NCBI RefSeq assembly: GCF_020745735.1
Contig: NC_083417.1
Coordinates: 46,996,001 to 47,060,000, forward strand
Direction: 5' to 3'
Origin: Hemiscyllium ocellatum
Lineage: Eukaryota
DNA: 64,000 nt
Shown piece by piece: positions 53,562-64,000 of this stretch. The position numbers were made by a program, and so were the translations under genes. The notes below the pieces were generated by a model. The model searched no databases, was not told where the DNA came from, and saw only the letters and a program-made list of their open reading frames with translations. The number at the start of each line of letters is the position of its first letter. Positions within the stretch are counted from its first letter, which is position 1.

Positions 53562-53890
53562 GGGGGGCAAGGTGGCTCAGTGGTTAGCAATGCTGCCTCA
53601 TAGTGCCAGGGACCTGGGTTCAATTCCCACCTCGGGTGACTGTCTGTGTGGAGTTTGCACATTCTCCCCGTGACTGCGTGGGTTTCCTCTGAGTGCTCCG
53701 GTCTCCTCCCTCAGTCCAAAGAGGTGCAGGTCAGGTGAATTGGTTAAGCTAAATTGCCCATAGTGGTAGGTGCATTAGTCAGGGGTGAATATAGGGTAGG
53801 TAAATGGGTTTCAGTGGGTTACTTTTCGGAGGGTCGGTATGGACTTGTTGGGCCAAAGGGCATTTCCATACTGTAGGGAATCTAATCATA
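53562..53890 (+). mobile_element. HE1-like V-SINE (full length)
   Basis: tRNA-like head ggtggctcagtggttagc / ggttcaattcc, V-domain, CR1-like tail. Confidence 0.92.
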
Positions 53891-55119
53891 AGCAAAGCTA
53901 ATCATTTTGCCTCCCTTTGCTAATTGCAGCCCATGTCAACCCTCTTCCAATATAATGTACCTAACTGCCCCAAATCAGAGCATAACCTTGGAAATATGGT
54001 GAGACATTTGAGACCTCCATGGTACTTTGCTAAATATTACAGTTATTGTGTGGAATGGTCAAACAAATATTTTGGAAATCTCAAAGAGGAGTAAGTGATA
54101 TAACCCAGTTAACCAATTAAAAATTATACAAAGATCAATGGAAAAAGGAAATACATGAGAAATAATAAGAAAATTTCAGAAATAACTGCAACGGAAAAAA
54201 ATTTAAAATAAAAAGAGAAATGCTGCAAGTTTACGCAGGTCACCAGTAACCAAGAGAGGGAAAAACATACCAGCATCCCAATTCAGGTCCCTCACATCCT
54301 CACACACTCCCAAACTAATGAAGTGCCTAACTTTGCAGAACCAATCAAGTCTGACCAAAACTGTAAGCCGAGAACTAGAGTAAAGAGCTTTAATTAACAA
54401 GTCTCAATTGATATCATAGATTAGAAAAATGTTTTCTCACACAATACATGCAAAACATGCTCTCAGGAAATGTACTTCATTAAATTCTTCAAAAGGAGGT
54501 GGATAAATATCTGGTTGCAGGCAGGATTGGCAGCAAGAGAGATAGGTCAATGCTAAGAAGATAAAGTACTTAATGGAAAGTAAAAACAAAGGTTTATGTA
54601 TTTCTCGGATGCCAAACGTTATTTGGCGAGTAGAAGCTTAAGACTCGAAAGTAGAAATGTGACATTTGTTCCACATTCCTAGAGGTTCAGACAGAATTGA
54701 TGCAGGCAAAATTTCTCGGGAAATTAAATCACTCTGGTGACTGTAAATACTTAGAGGAAAGAATCTGTAAGGCGAAAAGACCTTTCTGAATTGTATTTGC
54801 AATTCTTTTTTGATATTCCATTTTCTTACAAGCTTTGAATAAATTAATTTATAATTACTCATATTTTGTCTGCCATTAGCTTAGTGAAAATGGCATCTCG
54901 TGATTGAAATGCATTACACAACATGATTTTCATGTTGTTGCATGGTAGATAGAAATTAAAATCGCCACAGGAAGTTAAGATGTCTTTCTGAGTTCAGGTT
55001 CCATTTTAACATTGTGTCAGTACTAGTTATGACTACTGAACCTTGTTAGAATTCCACATTACAGTAGATATTTGATAGCCCACTGCAGCAAAAAATGGCC
55101 AGTAATGTAATTCACTTAC

Positions 55120-55194
55120 GAGACTCTCAGAAGAATCCATATCTGCCCATGACACTCTTCTTTCTTCACGATCAGGTATTTGCTTTTGAGGTTT
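55120..55194 (-). CDS. RPGRIP1L: RPGRIP1L linker exon (KPQKQIPDREERRVSWADMDSSESL)
   Basis: gttttggtgcag|AAA ... CTC|gtaagt, 75 bp, phase 0/0. KP...RRVSWAD corresponds to the PKPRQR...KKVSFVD motif of RPGRIP1L. Confidence 0.85.
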
Positions 55195-55324
55195 CTGCAC
55201 CAAAACAACACATTCCATGAATCTTTAAAGATTTTGGTATTTATTCTTACATTACTAAGAATTTATCAATTATTCACTTTAATAGTTTTCCCTTGTTAGT
55301 GCCCAGGCATATACTTTTGGTCGT

Positions 55325-56160
55325 CAAGATTAGAGTGGTGCTGGAAAAGCAGAGCAGGTCAGGCAGCATCTAAGGAGCAGGAAAATCGATGTTTTGGGCA
55401 AAAGCCCTTCATCAGGAATGAGGCTGGGAGCTTTGAGGGTGGAGAGATAAATGGGAGGTGGGGGGGGGTGGGGTGGGGTGGGGCTGGGGAGAACGCAGTT
55501 GAAAGTGCAATAGGTGGATGGAGGTGGGAGTAAAGGTGATAGATCGGAGAGGAAGGTGAAGCAGGTAGTGGGAAGGAAGATTGACAGGTGGGAAAAGTCA
55601 TGAGGACAGTGCTAAGCTGGATGTTTGGAACTGCAGTAAGGTAGGGGGAGGGGAAATGTGGAAACTGGTGAAGTCCACATTAATGCCAAGGGGTTGAAGG
55701 GTCCCGAGGCAGAAAGTGAAGCATTCTTCTTCCATGCGTCGGTTGGTGAGGGAGTGGCGATGGAGGAGGCCAGAGACCTGTATGTCCTCAGCAGAGTGGG
55801 AGATGGAGTTGAAATGTCTGGCCACGGGGTGATGGAGTTGATTGGTGCGGGTGTCCCAGAGATGTTTTCTGAAGCACTCTGCGAGAAGGCATCCAGTCTC
55901 CCCTCCACATAAATGCCATGACCTGTCCCACCTGTCAATCTTCCTTCCCACCTATCTACTCCACTCTCCTCTCCACTGCACTCTCAGCTATCTTCTCCCT
56001 AGTCCCATCCCCTCCCATTTATCTCTCCAAGCCTCATTCCTGATGATGAGCTTTTGCCTGAAACTATTTTCCTGCTCCTCAGATGCTACCTGATTTGCTG
56101 TGCATTTCCAGCACCACTCTAATCTCGATTCTAATCTCCAGCATCTGCAATACCCACCTC
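55325..56160. mobile_element. Penelope-like element 3' part (minus strand) with an inverted terminal repeat
   Basis: Minus-strand GIY-YIG end (ECFRKHL..PVARHFNS..LGTLQP.GINVDF). Terminal repeats at about 55325-55425 and 56030-56155 are inverted, and both hammerheads are degenerate. Confidence 0.88.
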
Positions 56161-56712
56161 CACCTATATAGTTTATGTATCCAGGGGTTACGGTAAACAT
56201 ACTACTTTCTTAACTATTGACTAATTTTCAAAAAAATCATGAAAGCAATTCATGAAAACTGTCCATTTGATTTTCCCTTTCCCACAAGAGATGATATCCT
56301 TGCTTCACATCTTTGTAGTAGTGCAGATAAATAAAGGACTGAGTGGATTGGTAAAATGAATCTTATTTTAGACTGCTTCCTGATCTTAGCTGCCAATGCT
56401 CCAATGTTCTACATCATTGCACCTACTCCTCTCTTGCATTTTAAACACAAGAATAAATTTTCTAATTGTTCCTGTTGTGCATTTTTACCCATTGAGAAAT
56501 CATGTGTGTGTAACAATAATTTTTCATCCATTCATTTTAATGGCTTTCTACAGCTAATGAAGCAGATATTTTCCCTTACATAATTCTTCTGTCAGAGAAA
56601 CAATATCAAGAATAAATTAATCATACTACAACTCATGGAAGTATTAACAACTTTGATAAACGGAGAAAATCAAGCAATATTTTAAATCATTCAACTGAAT
56701 GAAATTAGGTAC

Positions 56713-56918
56713 CAAAACTGGATCCTCAGATACTGTAGGTGAAGATTTGTTGAATTCCTCTTTTACTGGCAACTTTTCTCGGTCTTCCTTTGGGATTACC
56801 TCATGTTGATCAACTCTCATTATGGATTCATTTGATGGCAAGTATGAAGCCATCCATTTTATTTCAACATTTATTGTGCCATTGACTAGTCCTTCAAGAT
56901 TCATGAGTTCAAATGTTC
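56713..56918 (-). CDS. RPGRIP1L: RPGRIP1L exon, end of C2 domain into linker (G-TFELMNLEGLVNGTINVEIKWMASYLPS...SEDPVL)
   Basis: Acceptor tttatttctag|GA completes the phase-1 Gly codon. FEL..GTI.V..KW...YLP matches RPGRIP1L. The donor is uncertain: TTG|gtacct at 56713 or ACA|gtatct at 56734, both phase 0. Confidence 0.88.
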
Positions 56919-58678
56919 CTAGAAATAAATGAATTAAGACGCATAATAGGACACTTTTAATCATAGGAAAGTAGAACATAGGAGACGATCATCCAACCAG
57001 TCAAGCTGCTCCACTATTCCATATCATGGCCTATCATCGAATGTAATACCAATTTGCTATGCTATCTTGATGTATTTTGATGTCATCAGTATCTACAAAT
57101 CTCACAAACACTGTCTTGAGCATATTCAATTACTGAGTTTTCATTGTTCTCTGGGATAAAGAATTCCAAAGACTCACTACCTTCAGACTGAAGATATTTT
57201 TCCTCATCTCAGTTCTAAATAGCTTGCTCGTTATTCGGAGTATGTTCCTCTGGTTCTTGATGCCTCTGCCTGAGGAAATATATTTACTGCAACTACCCTA
57301 TCTAGTCTTTAAGAGCTTTGTAAGTTTCAATGAGATCACCTCTCACTCTTCTAAACACTTGAGAATATAGCCCCATTCTGTTCCATAGGACAGTTCTGCC
57401 ATTTTACGAAATAATCTGTTGAACTTCTGTTGTACTACCCCTCTGAAAAGTACATACCTTCCCTTGGCAAAGGAACAAAATTGAACATAATGTTCCTATC
57501 AAGGTTCTATGCAGTTAAAGTAAGAAATATTTACTCCTATGCTCAAATTCTCTTAAAAGATTGCATACCATTTGCCTTGATAATTGCTTGCTGCACTTGT
57601 ACATTAGCTTTCAGTGAACTACAAACACAGATATTCAGGTTATTTTGGACAGTAACACTTCACAATCTCTCACTATTTACAAGTACTCTGCACCTCCACT
57701 CCTCCTGCCAAATCTCATTTATCCACATTATATTCCATCTGCCATGCTGTTGTCAATTAACTTGACCTGCCTGAATCTCCTCAAAGCCTCTTTTCAGCAT
57801 TTTCATAACACATCTAGTTTTTTTTTAATCATCTGTAAATTGAAATGTTACATTTGGTTTGCACATCAAAATCATGGAAATTGATTGTGAACAGTTAAGT
57901 TCAAGCACTGATCTTTCCAATACCAGTTATAGCTGCCAACTGAGAATGACCCATTTATTCTTACTCTGTTTTCTTTCCATCAATGAATTCTCAATCTGTG
58001 TCAGCCTTTTAGGTTGAATACATTCATTGATTCCCCCCTCTTTGCTAGAAACAAGCTAACAGAACTTGAATAGGTTTCTCAAACAGTAAGTCTGCTTCAT
58101 AAAACCACAATATCTCTGATCAATCGTACCATTGTTTTCCAATTATCCAGTTATTTCATCTTATATAACAGATTTTAATATCTTCTCCCTAATGATGTCA
58201 AGCTAACAAGTTTAGAACTTTCTGTATTCTCCTTCTCTCCTTTCTTAAAGAGTGGGGTTACATTTATAGCATTGTAAACTGTAGGGACGTTCAGAATCTG
58301 TAGCATTTTGAAAGATGACCACCAATGCATCCATCATCTCCAAAGCCACCGGATGATTGGGCTCTGGGGATTTCTTAATTTTTAATCCCATTAATTCTTC
58401 AATACTACTTTTTTTTATTAGCATCAATTTATTTCTGTTCCTCATTCTTACTCATTCTTGGATCTTTAATATCTCTGGGAGACTTATTGTATCTTTTTCC
58501 ATAAAAACAAAAATTAATTTAGCTTCTTCAACACCTCCTTACTTCCATTATAAATTTTCCAGTTTCATCCAGCCTCCAATGGGCCAGGAGAAAGCGAGGA
58601 CTGCAGATGCTGGAGATCAGAGCTGAAAATGTGTTGCTGGAAAAGCGCAGCAGGTCAGGCAGCATCTAAGGAGCAGGG

Positions 58679-58716
58679 GAATCGACGTTTCGGGCATGAG
58701 CCCTTCTTCAGGAATC
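58679..58716 (-). ncRNA. Minimal type-I hammerhead ribozyme motif (intact, on the RPGRIP1L sense strand)
   Basis: GAUUC-CUGAAGA-A-GGGC ucau GCCC-GAAA-CG-UC^GAUUC. Confidence 0.8.
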
Positions 58717-58721
58717 CTGAA

Positions 58722-58759
58722 GATTCCTGAAGAAGGGCTCATGCCCGAAACGTCGATTC
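58722..58759 (+). ncRNA. Minimal type-I hammerhead ribozyme motif (intact)
   Basis: Identical to the minus-strand copy, predicted cleavage after 58754. Confidence 0.8.
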
Positions 58760-59583
58760 TCCTGCTCCTTGGATGCTGCCTGACCTGCTGCGCTTTTCCA
58801 GCAACACATTTTCAGCTCCAATGGACCAACCAAGTTATCAAACATCTTTGATAATCTTTTCCTTTCTATATTCTTATAGAAGCTATTGCAGCCCATTTTT
58901 ATGTTTCCTGCTAATTTACATTCATATTTTGTTGTCTCCTTCCTTAGGAGTATCTTGGTCCTTCTTTGCTGAATTCTAAAATTCAGGATTACAGTACTAC
59001 TTACTTTGGCAACATTACAAGCCTCCTCCCTTGATCTAATATAATCTTCTACTCCCTTTGTTGACTCACTTTCCTGTTGGCTTTTAATGCCTTAAAGGAA
59101 GGTCTACTTGTTTAAAACCATGTAATAATTCTTTAAATATAAGCCATTACCATTTACAATGATAGAAAGGCAATGTATTTTCTCAGTTCGCCACGACCAA
59201 CTTGTCATTCATGCCTTAATAGTATCCTTTAATTAGATTTATGACAGCTTCAGATTGAACAGCATAGCTTACAAATTTGATGGAAAATTCCTGCACAATT
59301 TGGTCACTCTTCCCTAAAGTTTGTATGATACTATGACTACTAATTATCCCCTTCTCACTGCATAATACCAGGTCTAAAACAAAGAGGGTATAAGAAAGAG
59401 GACCAAGTTAATCCTTTCAATTAAAGGGCACTAAAGTCAATCAGAGTCACACCAGGGTCTCTTGATTATAGTTACCAGCTGCTGGGTCAAGGCAGCTTTT
59501 ATAGGGACTGTGGGATCTCAGATGACTACAATAGACACAAAAAAGATTACATATCAAGAATTGCAAAGTATTTATATTATTAC

Positions 59584-59932
59584 CTATGATATACTTGTTG
59601 TGAGCTAATGAAATAAGGGGAACTTTCGCTTTTCCTAGGTAAAAAGTATCATCAGGTTCTGCATCATCAAACACATAAACAGTTAATGATTCTGACTTTA
59701 AATATCGATCAAGTTCTGTATTAATTGGTACTGGAAATTTCATGTGATCATCAAAGTGTGGGTCGTTGCTGTTTGGAATAATGGCTGTATCATGATCTGC
59801 AAAATCAAAGAACTTGTAGACAGCATAAGGATTTGGCTGGTGATTCTTCCTTCTGGCTTGCAGATTGTCACAGGATTTTATAATAATATGAAGTTCATTC
59901 AGATTACCATCTGTCAGAGCTGTAGTGTGTGC
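59584..59932 (-). CDS. RPGRIP1L: RPGRIP1L exon, second C2 domain ([25 protein letters not shown]...[56 protein letters not shown]...[12 protein letters not shown])
   Basis: Translation closely matches vertebrate RPGRIP1L as recalled ([40 protein letters not shown]). Acceptor ttctctctatgaacccttag|GCA, donor ATAG|gtaata, 349 bp, phase 0 to 1. Confidence 0.96.
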
Positions 59933-61361
59933 CTAAGGGTTCATAGAGAGAAAAATACATTTTAATCAAAGGCTACTTCAGGTTTTGCAAGCAGCTATAA
60001 GCTTAAAGAAGTAGGCAGCATTTTAACTCAACCCACTCACTTAGGAACTGATGAGATCATGTACAATGCTGGCCTTTGACTATGCCTGATTTTATCCTCT
60101 ATTGAAATTAGTGGAAAATCATCTTGGATGCGGTGTAAAATCAAGGCTCCATCTAACCCCATGAGTGTCCCATTGTCAGGTTACTTTAAAATTGCCTTAC
60201 CTTTGTTGTCATGTTAATATTTGCCCAATAGAACAGAAACATTCATGATAGAAGTGGGAAGGACAAAAAAAACCATAAATAACGTAACTTAATACAGCAC
60301 ATTATAATTCTCTAGGTCAGAGCTTCCTTAAGTGTGGGTTACAGTATGAAATTTTGGGTAGTAATGTTTGACACCATAACTGTAGCTGTGAAGAAGAATC
60401 TCCATTCTGGTACCAGTTCTGAGGCCCCATGATGCATGTACTGATGGTATATTTTTGCCAAACAGCTTGTGGGAGGGGAGTGACTAAGATTCCCCTAGGG
60501 AGCGTCATTGCGAATTCTGACTGGACGAACAATAAATGGGAAATGTTGGACATTGAGCAATTGGAGGTTTGAGATGATATTGTGGGCCAGGAAGTTGATT
60601 CTGTGTACATTAAACTCATTAATTCCTCATGTACATGGTGGCCTCCAATTTATATCTGAAGAGACTGAGTGATTTGACAAATAATTGTAGGTCAGGCAAT
60701 TGGTAATTTTTTAAACAGAATTCCCATCTCCAGCAGCAAAATTCCTGATTTTTTTGCAATGCTAACAAGTAGGTAGGAACACGCTTGTAAACACAAAAGC
60801 ATTGTTCTTTACTTCCACAGCAGCTTACATTAAATTTGTCAAACCTTCTAATAACTGATCAGTGACTGTACAGAAAATAAATGCTAACTGTATGTAAGCT
60901 TAACATCAACTGGTGTATTCATGTACATCATTACTGTGGATTGGACCATTCTTTGAGTAATTTTCCTGTCTCACCAAAGTTCTTACATGAATACTGTCTA
61001 CATGATGTTAATAGAGCAGTGGGAAGTTGGGAACAATTCTCCCTTTGACACTTCTATGTGTCTTAAAAAGAAAGAAGAAACAATTTGTATTTATACAGCT
61101 TCTTTCAAACAGCAAAGAAGTAATGTCTAGTTAATCTCTTCCTTTGATATTGTCAGAAAATGCTGAAACTCCATTGATTGTCTTTGCTATTATAGTTTCA
61201 TTCCCTGGTAAATATTGATTATTCCTGCTGCAGTAGTAGATGACTTTTGTAAAACTCAGCAGCAGAGCTATCCATGCTGCATAAATCTACAAAAAAATCT
61301 GCAACATTTTTGGCTCATGCAGCCAGAGCCTGAAGGTGCGAGTACAATTAAGTAGAGAAAT

Positions 61362-61692
61362 GGGGCAGCATAGCGGCTCAGTGCTTAGCACTGTTGTTCG
61401 CAGCATCAGGGTCCAAGGCTCAATTCCACCCTCAGGCGACTGTCTATGTCGAGTTTGCACATTCTTCCTGAGTCTGCATGGTTTTCCTCTGGGTGTTCCG
61501 GTTTCCTCCCATAGTCCAAAAATGTGCAGATTGCGTGGATTGGCCATGCTACATTGCATCCAGGAATTTTCAGGCTAGGTAGATTAGTCATGGAAAGTGC
61601 AGGGTTAGAGGGGTTGGATGTTCTTCAGAAGGTCAGTGTAGACTTGATAGGTTAAATGCCTGCTTCCATATTGTAGGTATTCTCTGATTCTA
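61362..61692 (+). mobile_element. HE1-like V-SINE
   Basis: gcggctcagtgcttagcactg head, gagtttgcacattcttcc V-domain, tail cctgcttccatattgtagg. Confidence 0.88.
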
Positions 61693-64000
61693 CCAAACTG
61701 GAATCCTTGGCTCATGTACTTAAATAAATGGAATACTAGCAGTAGTTAACCTGTTTGTTGGCAGTTCAGCTATAGTTGGCTGTAAAATTATATACATGCA
61801 AGATATTTTTAATTAAGGTGTTATGACACATATCTGGAGGTGGGATTTGAACTTTTGACTTTCTGGTTCAGAGTTAGGGGTACCACCACTGTGCCAAATT
61901 AGACCTATGCTATTTAAAGATGGCTTGCACCTCTTCTCGGGAGAATCAATTTGAGTAACCACCTCCACCCAAAGTCCTAGTACAGAATCTTGGGTCGTCA
62001 GTGCAGATGCTCAAGCAAGTCTGAAATATCTAGAGCCAACTCCAGTGTTCAGTAGCCAGAGTACTGATGTGCCGAATCTACATTTCTCCAGAAAAGTGAC
62101 CAGGAAACTATAGCAAAGGAGACCATTGCCACGGAAATAGAAATAGCAGCAATGCAGCAGGAAGGTTAATAACATTACACAAAGAGAGAATAGCTAGTGC
62201 ATCTCCAAAGGTAAATTTAAAATGTTTTAAAATATTGCAACTGCAGTTGAAACTAGCCCAAAATGGTTAACCAGGCTCTTACTATACTATTATTGTTTAT
62301 GCAGGTCTTCTGAGTTTTTCCTTTGTTGGTTAAGCCAGTAATTCATTTTTCTTGATTACCCAAGAAGGGTGTTGAGTTAATCACTCGACAACAAACACAC
62401 CTGGATGTGTTAGTTTTCTATCAGCAAGATTAGGAATTGACTCATGTAAACATAGTCAGGTAAGTCCAACAAAGAAAACAATTGTTATATTGGCCACGTA
62501 AATGATTAGAAAGCTAACTATACTTGTCAGCTGCTTTAAAACTCAAAGTTTTAACTCATAATGGAAGCCTGGTGCACAGTAATCCTTGTGAACATAGAGT
62601 TTGACCATCCTGACTTTACAGTCTTGTGAGCATATATTAGCAGCGTAGTTGTTTATTTCATCACTGTGAAAATTAATACTGCATCACTGCATGTAGGATA
62701 AATATGGTATTAATATTAATGTCTGAATCTAATCTAACTCCACATTTTGTACATGATGTAAGCCAGATTAAATGCCGAAGTGTGCTTCTTTCTGAGGTTT
62801 GTGTTTCAAAGTTTTGGTGGGTCTATATAGGGATCATGAGCCTGTCCATGTCATCAGTGTATCTGCTCAGCTACAAATAGTGGGCAGGCTTACAAGATTG
62901 CAGGCTCATTCATAGGGACTGCAGTGGCTCCCTACGGGACAGGTAAGCACTGCTGAAGCAAGCATGCGAGCAGAAGAGTTCTTCAGTATGGAGGCGCCTT
63001 TGGCTGTCTGCATAGAAACTATCGTGTACAGATGCATGAAGCCAATAAGGCCATTGGAGTTGACGAGAACACTTCCATGAGCCTACTCTTGGATGGGCCT
63101 GCAGTGTTGCACCCCTAAGATCCAGTCATTGAGTTGTGCAGCCTCTTGTTCATCTTGGTTGAGCTGGTGAGCTCCAAACATTGTTTGGTTCCATTCAGGC
63201 ATCAGTAGTATATCAATGCCAACACGAAATTATTCTAAAACCATATCTTAATTGGATTAATTTATTATCCACCTCTGTGAACCAGGTAGCCAACCAAGCT
63301 TCCAGTGCATCCCTGAGGAATTCTCCCAGAGTTGGCAAAGTATTAACAAGCAGCTCCAGTTACTTTTTCATACCTTTGTCACTTTTGGGCTAGGAAAATT
63401 CAGTCCTTGTAGTCGGAGTTGACTTTGACTAACATCAAATTTTACATTTTCAGTGATGCTGCAAATTACATTGAAATGCTTGAATAAAAGTATTTCTGTG
63501 CTCTCTGATCACAGTGGTATAACTGGTGTAAGATGACATTAGTTCAATTTAAAACAAAAAATTTGGAAATGCCTATGTCTAATTTTAGGTGATACTGCAT
63601 TGTCCCTGAACGGATACACAATTTGGCAACTGGGACATTTTCTTAAAAAATAAAAAATCAAGTTCCTATGTGCTAACACTCAGGGATCAATAAGTAATGT
63701 TGGTAGTGAGGAAGTTGTGGTGGTGGCAATGGGATAGTAGAAGTTTGCAGTGTCAGTTGGCCAGGATGAAACATTTGTGACATTTCATAGAAGAAGCTTG
63801 GATTCTGACCCAGTTTCCACCAGGCCTTATTTACGTTGGGTTGAGGGGAAGAGGGAAGTAAGTTAGAGATGTGACTCTCACATGTGGGAAACCTGAACTC
63901 TGTGCTGAGTCCATTGTGTATGAGTCTTTAGTGAAGTCATAAATGCTCCTGAAGGGCAGATACGCTCTATTGAGCTGTCAAGCTATCAAATTAGTGACAT

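Larger units (their letters stand above)
58587..58815. mobile_element. Young fold-back Penelope-derived mini-element with two intact hammerheads
   Basis: Arms about 58620-58716 / 58722-58817, two mismatches seen, 5-nt loop. TSD ctccaatgg(g/a)cca at 58574-58586 and 58816-58828. Confidence 0.92.
56970..59380 (-). mobile_element. Degenerate CR1 LINE(s), interrupted by a PLE hairpin
   Basis: Reverse tail agaacataggag, KSPEP..HP.ALEMMDALVVIFQ, NSFYKNIERKR. Confidence 0.8.

Noticed and set aside
53562-53635. tRNA-like sequences at SINE heads
   Set aside because: They continue into the V-domain and LINE tail, so they are SINEs and not tRNA genes.
7177-59380. Apparent antisense orientation bias of CR1/HE1 relative to RPGRIP1L
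   Set aside because: All four HE1 copies are antisense, but CR1 copies occur on both strands, and the counts are too small.
60000-64000. Searched for the upstream RPGRIP1L exon (YW.RLRVP motif) and for TE classes
   Set aside because: No exon was found, so it presumably lies beyond the window. Apart from the HE1 SINE, repeat-like segments are too degenerate to classify by eye.

Overview
Vertebrate genomic DNA. The repeat content (HE1/V-SINEs, HER1/CR1 LINEs, Deu-SINE, Penelope-like elements) points to a cartilaginous fish, most likely a shark (inference). The window lies inside RPGRIP1L on the minus strand. Seven coding exons join in frame through GT-AG junctions, covering the second C2 domain, the divergent linker and the start of the C-terminal RPGR-interacting C2 domain; both ends of the gene are outside the window. 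The introns are packed with CR1 LINEs, SINEs, Penelope-like elements (PLEs) and Gypsy, Harbinger and pogo relics, plus a few repeat-free, homeobox/TCF-motif-rich islands that are candidate IRX-B regulatory-block enhancers. The most striking structure is a set of short (about 120-830 bp) PLE-derived mini-elements. Most are fold-backs, many have 12-15 bp target-site duplications (TSDs), and they carry minimal type-I hammerhead ribozyme motifs (CUGANGA / stem II / GAAA-CG-UH). In the best-preserved copies the ribozyme faces its own antisense arm, and degenerate copies are repeatedly mutated at CpGs that include the catalytic G. Almost all ORFs in the supplied track are transposon fragments or noise. 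Repeat boundaries are by-eye estimates.
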